Source: a bacterium
Lineage (GTDB): Bacteria > SAR324 > XYD2-FULL-50-16 > G965216635
Reading direction: 5' to 3'
NCBI GenBank assembly: GCA_965216635.1
Contig: OZ244188.1
Coordinates: 219,205-283,204 of the forward strand
DNA length: 64,000 bases
This document shows positions 56,042 through 64,000 of the stretch, one piece after another (within the stretch, counting starts at the first letter, position 1; the number at the start of each line of letters is the position of its first letter). Both the position numbers and the translations under genes were made by a program. Below the pieces are notes generated by a model. That model was given only the letters and a program-made list of their open reading frames with translations, made no database searches and had not been told where the DNA came from.

Positions 56042-56427
56042 AAAAAAATAGTTCGTGTGAGGTAAATACCCAACAAAGTAGCCAACAGGGCGCAAAAAAC
56101 ATTCAATACTAAATTACTTATAGCGTAAAAATAATTTCCTTGCCCTAAAAGTTGGATGGTTTCCAAAGAAAAAGTTGAAAAAGTAGTTAAAGCTCCTAAA
56201 AAACCTACCTTCAAAAAAAGATGCCAAGCCTCGCTTAAAGCGAGTTTTTGGGTGGCTATTACAAAAACAACGCCTAGCAAAAAAGAGCCTAGTAAATTTG
56301 CAGTTAAAGTTGCCCAAGGAAAAAAAATAGCGGAGTTTTTTTGTACAAAGACAGAAATTGTATAACGTCCTAAAGAGCCTAAAGCTCCGCCAAAAGCTAC
56401 AGCTAGAATTATATTGATCTTAAACAT
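56038..56427 (-). CDS. crcB: Fluoride channel CrcB/Fluc
   Basis: 129 aa, 4 TM; GGALGSLGRY and FLGALTTFSTFS motifs typical of CrcB. Confidence 0.8.
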   Translation of the reverse strand: MFKINIILAVAFGGALGSLGRYTISVFVQKNSAIFFPWATLTANLLGSFLLGVVFVIATQKLALSEAWHLFLKVGFLGALTTFSTFSLETIQLLGQGNYFYAISNLVLNVFCALLATLLGIYLTRTIFL

Positions 56428-56650
56428 CTTTTACTGTTTTTTTCTTAAAATAAATTGAGACACTTATACAAGTGTTTTGGCTAAACAAGCTAAGCTAATC
56501 TATTTAAGTTTTTTTTGCAAAGCCATCAAAAAAGTCACAATTTGAGAATTTTTACAGCGGCAGTTTTTTTTTATTAGTATTGTTTGACGAAAGGTTTTAT
56601 TTTTAGTATTCTTTAAAGAAATTTTAAGAAACTAATCAGATAAAAATACT

Positions 56651-56830
56651 ATGGCTGTTCCTAAAAGAAGAAAATCTCACAGCACAACAAGGCAAGGTAG
56701 AAATCATAAAAATATGAAATTTATCACTTTAACTCCTTGTTCTCATTGCGGAGAATTAAAATTACCGCATGTGGTGTGTGGTGCTTGTGGTTATTATAAC
56801 AATAAACTTATTAGGGAGGTAGCTTCCTAA
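56651..56830 (+). CDS. rpmF: 50S ribosomal protein L32
   Basis: 59-aa ORF missing from the track (<60 aa): MAVPKRRKSHSTTRQGRNHKN...CSHCGELKLPHVVCGACGYY with a C4 zinc ribbon; upstream of plsX as in the canonical rpmF-plsX cluster. Confidence 0.85.
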   Translation: MAVPKRRKSHSTTRQGRNHKNMKFITLTPCSHCGELKLPHVVCGACGYYNNKLIREVAS

Positions 56831-56860
56831 CTAGTAGACCCAACTAATTTTCCTAACTAA

Positions 56861-57167
56861 TAGACCTTTGAATTTGCCAAATAGAACAAAACTAGCTGTG
56901 ATGGCTAGCCAAATGGTTATAACAGGTGCGAAAATTTACAAAAAAGCGGAGCATACACGGTAGTATGTGAGTGTTTTTTGTAAATTTTTAATGGCGTAGT
57001 GCCACAATATAACGGGATCAGGGCACTACAAAACTTAAAGCTAGCACAATATAGACTGCAAAAGAGCCACTAACAAAAGAGCCAGTGGCTCTTTTGCTAA
57101 AGCCTGTATTGGCGTAAAAGCAATAAGCTTGTTTTGGCTAAACTAGACAAGCAAATTCAAAAGTCTA
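56861..57167. mobile_element. Composite MITE-like repeat (about 300 bp) between rpmF and plsX
   Basis: tagacctttgaatttgccaaatagaacaaaactagctgtgatggctagccaaatggtt...gcaataagcttgttttggctaaactagacaagcaaattcaaaagtcta. Confidence 0.75.
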
Positions 57168-57177
57168 ACTAATTTGA

Positions 57178-58167
57178 ATGATAGGTTTAGATGTCATGGG
57201 GGGAGATTTTTCTCCAGAAGTCCCTATTAGAGCTGCGATCCAAACAGTGCAAAAGCATAAAATCCCTATTCTTTTAATAGGCGATAAGTCTTTGATTGAG
57301 GAGCAGTTGAAAATACAAAATTACAAAGGAAATTTGTTATCTGTTTTTCATACAGAGGATTTTGTAAGTATGGAAGATTCAGTTTTACACGCTCTTAGAA
57401 AAAAAGAATCTTCTTTATACAAGGCTTTTGCGTTGCACAAAGAAAAAGAAATACAAGGCGTTGTTAGTGCGGGAAATTCTGCTGCATTTTTGGCGATTGG
57501 CAAATGCATTCTCAAATCTATAGAAGGGATTGATAGACCTTGCATTAGTGCGGTTATGCCTCATCTAAAGGGGAGATTAGTCTTTTTGGATGCTGGAGCT
57601 AATACAGATTGTGAAGCAAAACATCTATTGCAATTTTCTATTTTAGGCTCTATCTATGCTACTGAGTTTTTAAATATTTCCAAACCTAAGGTTGCTCTTT
57701 TGAATATTGGATCAGAAAAAGGCAAAGGGAATAGGGTGGTAAAAGAAGCTTATGATCTTTTAGAAAAGGCTCCTATTCATTTTATTGGTAATATAGAGGG
57801 AAAAATTTTTTTTAGCGGAGAAGCGGATGTGGTGGTAGCAGATGGTTTTGTTGGCAATGTTTTGTTGAAATCTGTAGAAGGATCCGCTAGTTTTATGAAG
57901 AATTTAGCTAAAAAACATTTCACAGAATCCTTGCTGAGTAAATTGGGAAGTGTTTTTCTTATGAGAAGTATAAAAAAAATCCAAAAAACTATAGATTATG
58001 CGGAATATGGCGGAGCTCCTCTTTTGGGGTTGAATGGAGTAGCTATAGTTTGCCACGGTGCTTCTCGGGACGATGCTATTGTCTACGCTTTGCGTTTAGC
58101 TCAAAAGAGTGCTGATTGTGGGTATGTTCGCCAAGTTACGGAGAAAATTTTTAATCTTAATTTTTAA
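57178..58167 (+). CDS. plsX: Phosphate acyltransferase PlsX
   Basis: MIGLDVMGGDFSPEV N-terminus and FLDAGAN/VADGFVGN motifs. Confidence 0.85.
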   Translation: MIGLDVMGGDFSPEVPIRAAIQTVQKHKIPILLIGDKSLIEEQLKIQNYKGNLLSVFHTEDFVSMEDSVLHALRKKESSLYKAFALHKEKEIQGVVSAGNSAAFLAIGKCILKSIEGIDRPCISAVMPHLKGRLVFLDAGANTDCEAKHLLQFSILGSIYATEFLNISKPKVALLNIGSEKGKGNRVVKEAYDLLEKAPIHFIGNIEGKIFFSGEADVVVADGFVGNVLLKSVEGSASFMKNLAKKHFTESLLSKLGSVFLMRSIKKIQKTIDYAEYGGAPLLGLNGVAIVCHGASRDDAIVYALRLAQKSADCGYVRQVTEKIFNLNF

Positions 58168-58183
58168 TTACTTTAAAAAATCT

Positions 58184-59107
58184 ATGTCTATTGCGTTTCT
58201 TTTTGCGGGGCAAGGATCTCAAAAAGTGGGTATGGGAAAATCTTTTGCCGATGATTCTCTTTGCCAAGAATCTTTTCAGATAGCAAATCAAGCATTAGGC
58301 TATGATTTACAAAAAATTTGCTGGGAGGGACCTGAAGATAAACTGACTCTTTCTGAAAACGCACAGCCTGCTATTTTAACAGTAGCTATTATTGCCTACC
58401 GAATATTTACCCAAATGCATAAAATTCAACCTAGTCTTATGGCTGGACATTCTTTAGGTGAATATAGTGCTTTAGTTGCTTCTGAAGTTTTAGATTTAGC
58501 AGACGCAGTGAAATTAGTGCATAAAAGAGGACAGTTGATGCAAGAGGCAGTACCCGCTGGAGTAGGAGCAATGGCCGCAGTGTTGGGAAAAAGCAACGAA
58601 GAAATTAAGTTACTTTGCTCACAAATAAGCAGCGCAGAAAAAATGGTTTCGGCTGCGAATTTTAATTGCAATGGACAGGTTGTGGTCTCAGGACATAAAG
58701 AAGCAGTTTTAGAGCTTTTAGAACAGGTGAAAGGTAAGATGCTTCAAGTCAGTGCCCCTTTCCATTGCCCTTTAATGAGTCCAGTAAAAGAAAAATTTGC
58801 TCCGTTTTTAAAGGAAGTTACTTTTAAGGACGCTAAAACAGCTATAGTCAATAATGTTCGTGGTGACATTCAAGAAAAAGCAGATAGTTTTCAAGAATCT
58901 CTGTTGAGTCAAATAGATAGTGCGGTTCTCTGGGAAAGTGGTATCCAAAAAATGCTTCAAAAAGGAATAAAAAATTTTTTAGAATTTGGAGAAGGCAAAG
59001 TTCTTACAAATCTCTTGAAAAGAATAGATAAAGAGGCTATGTTTGTGAATGTAAATTCTTTAGAGGCAATAAACGAATATAGACTGTCGTATTTGCATTC
59101 TGTTTAG
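58184..59107 (+). CDS. fabD: Malonyl-CoA:ACP transacylase
   Basis: Start moved to MSIAFLFAGQGSQKVGM (58184); GHSLGEYSA active-site Ser motif. Confidence 0.85.
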   Translation: MSIAFLFAGQGSQKVGMGKSFADDSLCQESFQIANQALGYDLQKICWEGPEDKLTLSENAQPAILTVAIIAYRIFTQMHKIQPSLMAGHSLGEYSALVASEVLDLADAVKLVHKRGQLMQEAVPAGVGAMAAVLGKSNEEIKLLCSQISSAEKMVSAANFNCNGQVVVSGHKEAVLELLEQVKGKMLQVSAPFHCPLMSPVKEKFAPFLKEVTFKDAKTAIVNNVRGDIQEKADSFQESLLSQIDSAVLWESGIQKMLQKGIKNFLEFGEGKVLTNLLKRIDKEAMFVNVNSLEAINEYRLSYLHSV

Positions 59108-59280
59108 CCAAAACAAGCTTATTGCTTTAAATAGGTTATGGGCTATAGTAAAAGCTCCACAAAGCAAAAAGAGTAAAAATTTAGCGTTAAGCAAAAACGA
59201 ACTGCCAAAAGGCACTTTGGCAATAATCTGTCTGAAGTTTAAAACAAAAACGTCACATTGGCGAAATTCAAAGTTCTAGG
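59079..59280. mobile_element. Two MITE-end fragments between fabD and fabG
   Basis: atagactgtcgtatttgcattctgtttagccaaaacaagcttattgc (59079-59130) and cgtcacattggcgaaattcaaagttctagg (59254-59280). Confidence 0.6.
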
Positions 59281-59331
59281 ATATACAGAACCTTTGCATT
59301 AAAGGTTTAAAATAGATAAAAAACATATAAG

Positions 59332-60072
59332 ATGTTAGATTTAAAAAATAAAGTAGCTTTCATCACGGGAGCAAATAGAGGCATAGGGAAAGCTTGTGCT
59401 TTGAAATTAGCAAAAAATGGTTGTAAGATAGCTTTTTTGAATAGAGATGAAGCTTCTGCAAAAACAGCACAGCAAGAAATTTCAGCTTTGGGAGTAGACT
59501 GTATCTATTTTAATGGTGATATTACAGATTCCAAAATGGTAGAAAAATCGGTATCGTCTACTATAGAACGGTTTGCTAAAATTGATTTTTTGATTAACAA
59601 TGCAGGACTTACCCAAGATACTTTATTCATTAGAATGACAGAAGAGCATTGGGATAAAGTTTTGAATGTAAATTTAAAAGGATTGTTTTTTGTTTCTAGA
59701 GAAGTAGCCAAATACATGATGAAAGCGAGAAGTGGCAGGATTATCAATATAGGCTCTATTGTAGGGCATACTGGAAATCCAGCTCAAGTCAATTACTCCT
59801 CTAGTAAAGCAGCACTTGTTGGCTTTACAAAATCTATTGCTTTAGAGTTGGCAGCTAGGAATATTTTATGCAATTTAATATCGCCGGGTTTTATAGAAAC
59901 GGATATGACCGATAAACTTAACGAAAAACAAAAAGAAGATATTTTAAACAAAATTCCTTTAAAAAAAATAGGAACCGCAGAATATATTGCGAATGGAGTG
60001 CTTTTTTTATGTTCTCCTATGTCTGATTATATAACTGGCACTACTTTGCATATTAATGGAGGTTTGTTATGA
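59332..60072 (+). CDS. fabG: 3-oxoacyl-ACP reductase
   Basis: TGANRGIG, NNAG and YSSSKAA SDR motifs; 246 aa; position in the fab cluster. Confidence 0.85.
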   Translation: MLDLKNKVAFITGANRGIGKACALKLAKNGCKIAFLNRDEASAKTAQQEISALGVDCIYFNGDITDSKMVEKSVSSTIERFAKIDFLINNAGLTQDTLFIRMTEEHWDKVLNVNLKGLFFVSREVAKYMMKARSGRIINIGSIVGHTGNPAQVNYSSSKAALVGFTKSIALELAARNILCNLISPGFIETDMTDKLNEKQKEDILNKIPLKKIGTAEYIANGVLFLCSPMSDYITGTTLHINGGLL

Positions 60073-60130
60073 TAAAATCTTATGGTGATTTTTTTATTTA
60101 AACTTAATAATAACTTAAACTTAATAAAAA

Positions 60131-60367
60131 ATGAGTGATCAATTTGAAGATATAAAAAAAATAATTGTAGATCAATTGGGAGTGGAAGAAAGTAAAGTTG
60201 TTCCTGAAGCAAAATTTATAGATGATTTAGGAGCAGATTCTCTAGATATAGTAGAGCTAATTATGGCGTTTGAAGAAAAATTTCAGGTAGAAATTTCTGA
60301 GACAGAAGCGGAAAACATCCAAACCGTCCAAACTGTGATGGATTATTTGGAAAAGTCTACCAGTTAA
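60131..60367 (+). CDS. acpP: Acyl carrier protein
   Basis: 78 aa with LGADSLD phosphopantetheine-attachment motif. Confidence 0.9.
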   Translation: MSDQFEDIKKIIVDQLGVEESKVVPEAKFIDDLGADSLDIVELIMAFEEKFQVEISETEAENIQTVQTVMDYLEKSTS

Positions 60368-60423
60368 CAATACGAGAGCATTGCATTAGATAGTAGCTAG
60401 GCGAAGCGTTCACCTTTTTAAAA

Positions 60424-61656
60424 ATGGAGAGAAAAGTAGTAGTAACAGGGATAGGTAGTATTAACGCACTAGGTAATTCTTTGACAGAAAGTTGGAGAAA
60501 AGCAGCTGCGGGTATAGGTGGTATTGATACTATCACGAAATTTGATGCTTCTGAGTTTAAAAGTCAGATGGCAGCAGAAGTAAAAGGATTTGATCCCTCT
60601 GCGGTGATTCCCCATAAAGAACTAAAAAAACTAGGTCTTTTTATCCAATACTCTCTTTGTGCTACTAAAGAAGCACTAGAAGATGCCAATTTAACTATTA
60701 CTGAAGAAATTGCAGAATCTGTTGGTGCTTTAGTGGGAGTAGGTATAGGAGATTTAGATTATATCTATAGAACTTCTGTTTTGATTAAAGATGGCAGACA
60801 AAACAGAGTATCCCCTTTTTTTATTCCAGCGACTCTGCCTAATATGGCATCAGGACAAATTTCCATTTTTTTTGGAGCTAAAAACTACAATGCTTCTGTT
60901 GTTTCAGCCTGTTCTTCTTCTAATCATTCCATAGGCGATTCTGCGAAAATCATTAAAAGAGGAGATGCTCAGGTAATGATTTGCGGTGGTGCAGAATCTA
61001 CTATTTGCTCTTTAGCTATTGGAGGTTTTGCCGCAATGCGGGCTTTATCCTGTCGTAATGACAGTCCTAAAACAGCTAGTCGTCCTTATGATACAGGTAG
61101 AGATGGTTTTGTTTTGGGAGAAGGTAGCGGTATTTTGATTTTAGAAGACGAAGAATTTGCCAAAAGTAGAGGAGCGAAAATTTATGCAGAAATAGCAGGG
61201 TATGGTTTTAGTGCTGATTCTTTTCATATGACTGCTCCTTCTTTGGAGGGACCAGCTCAATCTATGAAAATGGCTCTTAAAAATGCTCGAATCAATACTT
61301 CAGAAATAGACTACATTAACGCACACGGTACTTCCACCCCATTAGGAGACAAAAACGAAATCAAAGCTATTAAATCCGTTTTTGGAGAATATGCTAAAAA
61401 AATATCTATTAGTGCGACAAAATCTATGCACGGACATGTGCTAGGAGGTGCTGGAGGAATTGAAGCAGCTCTTAGTCTTAAAGCTATGCAGGAAGGAATA
61501 GTTCCTCCCACTATCAATATTGAAAATCTTGATCCAGAATGCGACCTAGATGTCACACCCAACAAAGCCAAAGAAAGAAAAATAGATGCGTTAATGAGCA
61601 ACAGTTTTGGTTTTGGAGGCACCAATGCTACTCTTATCTTCAAGAAATACAGTTGA
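60424..61656 (+). CDS. fabF: 3-oxoacyl-ACP synthase II
   Basis: 410 aa; active-site Cys context SACSSS, HGTSTP and HGHVLGGAG His motifs. Confidence 0.85.
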   Translation: MERKVVVTGIGSINALGNSLTESWRKAAAGIGGIDTITKFDASEFKSQMAAEVKGFDPSAVIPHKELKKLGLFIQYSLCATKEALEDANLTITEEIAESVGALVGVGIGDLDYIYRTSVLIKDGRQNRVSPFFIPATLPNMASGQISIFFGAKNYNASVVSACSSSNHSIGDSAKIIKRGDAQVMICGGAESTICSLAIGGFAAMRALSCRNDSPKTASRPYDTGRDGFVLGEGSGILILEDEEFAKSRGAKIYAEIAGYGFSADSFHMTAPSLEGPAQSMKMALKNARINTSEIDYINAHGTSTPLGDKNEIKAIKSVFGEYAKKISISATKSMHGHVLGGAGGIEAALSLKAMQEGIVPPTINIENLDPECDLDVTPNKAKERKIDALMSNSFGFGGTNATLIFKKYS

Positions 61657-62327
61657 GTATTCAAGAGAACTATCTGAAAATCCTAGAAAAAATTCAAAAA
61701 TGCAAAGAGTTCACAGAGCGTGTGAAATTAGTTGCTGTTTCTAAATTTAAGCCCTATTTAGATATGCTGCAGCTTTATCAAGCAGGGCATAGAATATTTG
61801 CAGAAAGTAGAATCCAAGAAGCAAGAGATAAAAAACCTTATTTGCCGCAAGACCTTAGGCTTCATTTTGTGGGTAGGGTACAAACCAATAAAGTCAAATA
61901 TATTCCTAGTATTTTTAATACTGTGCATTCTCTTTCTGATTTAAAAGTAGCTCAGATTTTAGAGCAAAAATGTTTGGAGCAAGATAAAAAAATGGAGGTT
62001 TTGCTACAGATGAATCTCTGTCAAGAACAACAAAAAAGCGGTTTATTGAATTACGAGGAACTTGCTCTATTAGGGACAGAATTATTAAAGCTGAAACAGC
62101 TCAAACTCGTTGGTTTAATGACTATTCCAGCCTTCAATCTTAATACAAAAGAAACTACTAAAATCTACTCCAAATTGCGAGAGCATAAAGAAAAATTAGC
62201 AAGAGAATTAGGTATAGAAACACAACTCACAGAGCTTTCTATGGGTATGAGTGGAGATTTTGAAATAGCCATAGAGGAAGGAGCGACCTATGTGCGCATC
62301 GGCACGGCGTTATTTGGCGAACGTTAA
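61653..62327 (+). CDS. yggS: PLP-homeostasis protein YggS (alanine-racemase-fold)
   Basis: VAVSKFKP PLP-Lys motif; track start 61539 overlaps fabF. A TTG at 61653 overlapping the fabF stop gives a typical 224-aa YggS. Confidence 0.65.
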   Translation: MSIQENYLKILEKIQKCKEFTERVKLVAVSKFKPYLDMLQLYQAGHRIFAESRIQEARDKKPYLPQDLRLHFVGRVQTNKVKYIPSIFNTVHSLSDLKVAQILEQKCLEQDKKMEVLLQMNLCQEQQKSGLLNYEELALLGTELLKLKQLKLVGLMTIPAFNLNTKETTKIYSKLREHKEKLARELGIETQLTELSMGMSGDFEIAIEEGATYVRIGTALFGER

Positions 62328-62399
62328 TTCAACAGACGCGAGAATGTCTCTAAAAGCCTTATAATATTGATTGAAATTATAAGGTAAGTAATATTTTTA

Positions 62400-63122
62400 T
62401 TAAAATAATTTTGGGAGTGTATCCCTTGTGTGATTTTTACACAACAATCCAGCTGAGTAGTTTTGTTTTAATAAACTACGATCAATTATGCTGATAAAAT
62501 TTTGTTGGGAATTTAATGCATTATCAAATAAATTAAGTTGAAGTAATGATACCAACAAAGCACAAGTTCTAGCTTGGCAAGCTATGGACTTTTTAGGGTT
62601 AAATTCAATATCTGTAAAACCTTTAAATTTTAATAGTTTTTCTAGATAATCTTGATGAGGGTGAAGGGCAGTGAGGTACAACCAATCATAAAATGCAGTC
62701 TCTGGTTTCAATGACCATTTTTGTCCAAAATAATCAAATCCAATAAGTTTTCCTGATTCTTTAAGTATAAGGTCTTGTCTTGCTGATCTACTATCTTTTT
62801 CATAAATATCTGTATAAGGTCCTCCTTGTTCAAATACTTTACTCCCTTGATAAGCAGATTCAATGCTTATATATCCTCTACTAGTTTTTATTTTTAGATT
62901 GAATGCACTCAATCGCTTTCCGAGCAATACTTCAGATTTTGTAGAAGCCTCTAATAATGGCAACAAGCCTTTTTTTTTTGCTGCTTTATGTAGGGCTGCA
63001 ATATTTTTTTTCTTTTGTTCAACTGCAAAGCCAGGGTTCCATTCAAACTCAACTTGCAGTTCTTCAACTAGATTTTCTGTTTTACCAACAGGAATAAATA
63101 CGGGTCGTTTAGCCATTTTCAA
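62400..63122 (-). CDS. NADAR (YbiA-like, DUF1768) domain protein, candidate antitoxin for the adjacent DarT-like toxin
   Basis: LSAFNLKIKTSRGYISIESAYQGSKVF parallels the NADAR core FSNF....G.....SEHYFQAQKF; 240 aa; start overlaps the toxin gene end by 14 nt. Confidence 0.5.
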   Translation of the reverse strand: MKMAKRPVFIPVGKTENLVEELQVEFEWNPGFAVEQKKKNIAALHKAAKKKGLLPLLEASTKSEVLLGKRLSAFNLKIKTSRGYISIESAYQGSKVFEQGGPYTDIYEKDSRSARQDLILKESGKLIGFDYFGQKWSLKPETAFYDWLYLTALHPHQDYLEKLLKFKGFTDIEFNPKKSIACQARTCALLVSLLQLNLFDNALNSQQNFISIIDRSLLKQNYSAGLLCKNHTRDTLPKLF

Positions 63123-63633
63123 TACTTATAATCATATTTAATGGAATACAATCAGGGACAAGAATTTCTGATTTTACTGCTAATCTACGTCGCTTTTTAA
63201 TCTCTGGGTCATTCCAATCCATACCTTTGTACTTGAAAATGACATCAAAATCAATTCTTTTTTCTGCCTCCTCTGATGTAAAAAGAATAGCATCTGATTT
63301 ATTGGCTACCTCAGAGCAAAATTGTATCCCTTCTTGTAAAAGTATAGAAGATTTAATTTTCAACCACTTTGGATTTTTTATCCTTTGCTTTGATTTTACT
63401 GTATAGAGCATTGGATGTTCCTTGATAAATGTTAAATGCACAAATTTATGTAGATTTTTTTGTTTATCTGCATCATGACTCCATTTATTTCCTCCAAAAA
63501 CAGGGTGAATTTGTTGCCTTTCAATTTCTTCTAAAGAAAATATACCTTTATGTTTCTTTATTAACGCAATATTTGATTCTTCCGTAAAATGCCAGACGCT
63601 ATTAATTATATATTTTTTAATTATTTCTTTCAT
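63109..63633 (-). CDS. DarT-like (DUF4433) ADP-ribosyltransferase toxin
   Basis: N-terminal VWHFTEESNIALI (H-x-T NAD-binding element) and C-terminal RRRLAVKSEILVPDCIPL (ARTT-loop Glu, compare DarT ...AEFLV...LPL); 174 aa. Confidence 0.5.
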   Translation of the reverse strand: MKEIIKKYIINSVWHFTEESNIALIKKHKGIFSLEEIERQQIHPVFGGNKWSHDADKQKNLHKFVHLTFIKEHPMLYTVKSKQRIKNPKWLKIKSSILLQEGIQFCSEVANKSDAILFTSEEAEKRIDFDVIFKYKGMDWNDPEIKKRRRLAVKSEILVPDCIPLNMIISIENG

Positions 63634-63860
63634 TCTAGGAGTGCATTTTTATTTTTATCTATTCCAGAGAGATTTTGCGCTAATGTTTTGTTTAGCACCA
63701 ATGTATTAAATAATTTTACTTTAAAAAGTTATTAAACTATTGATTTAGCTGAATAAAATAATAAAAAACTGTGTGCTAAACGGCTAGTTTTTAAGGAAAA
63801 TAGTTTATTTTCTGGTTGTTTTCTAAACTTGTAAATCACTAATGTAATGCTTTTGTATTG

Positions 63861-64000
63861 TATAGACTTTTGAATTTGCATTCTGTTTAGCCTATGCAAG
63901 CTTATTGCTTTCACCCTATACAGGCTTTAGCAAAAGAGCCATTGGCTCTTTTGCAGTCTATCTTGTGTTAGCTTTAAGTTTTGTAATGCATTGCACTACG
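63861..64000. mobile_element. MITE-like repeat at window edge (truncated)
   Basis: tatagacttttgaatttgcattctgtttagcctatgcaagcttattgc...gcaaaagagccattggctcttttgcagtctat. Confidence 0.7.

Overview
AT-rich (about one-third GC), gene-dense bacterial chromosome segment, probably Bacteroidota. Basis: an alternative complex III actABCDEF operon, signal peptides ending ...LLAQ, and an rpmF-plsX-fabD-fabG-acpP-fabF cluster without fabH. Core content: TRAP transporter plus aldehyde dehydrogenase / class-III aminotransferase / SDR / histidine decarboxylase cluster; heme genes hemH and hemL; MtaB-like methylthiotransferase; folB, thyA, folC, comM, pcm, apaG, leuS; fatty-acid synthesis genes; an outer-membrane protein paralog family with internal tandem repeats. 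Three things stand out. (1) A modular MITE-like element with inverted ends tagacctttgaatt...aattcaaaggtcta occupies many intergenic regions, about 20 copies from 38 bp to about 400 bp. (2) Accessory cassettes are inserted inside housekeeping operons, each bounded by a duplicated copy of the 5' end of the downstream core gene: actC 5' end x3, thyA 5' end x3, tRNA-Met plus folB 5' end x2, thyA 3' end x2. Their cargo is toxin-antitoxin and defense genes: two Panacea/DUF4065 antitoxin pairs (one with a YafQ-like toxin, one with a small membrane protein), a ParE/RelE pair, a GmrSD-like type IV enzyme, and a two-methyltransferase type II R-M. Other inserted cargo without a defined partner: a retropepsin-like protease cassette and an orphan OLD/ABC-type ATPase. 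(3) A DarT-like ADP-ribosyltransferase with a NADAR-like partner sits at the right edge. No integrase or transposase gene is present in the window, so the cassette-insertion mechanism is unexplained.
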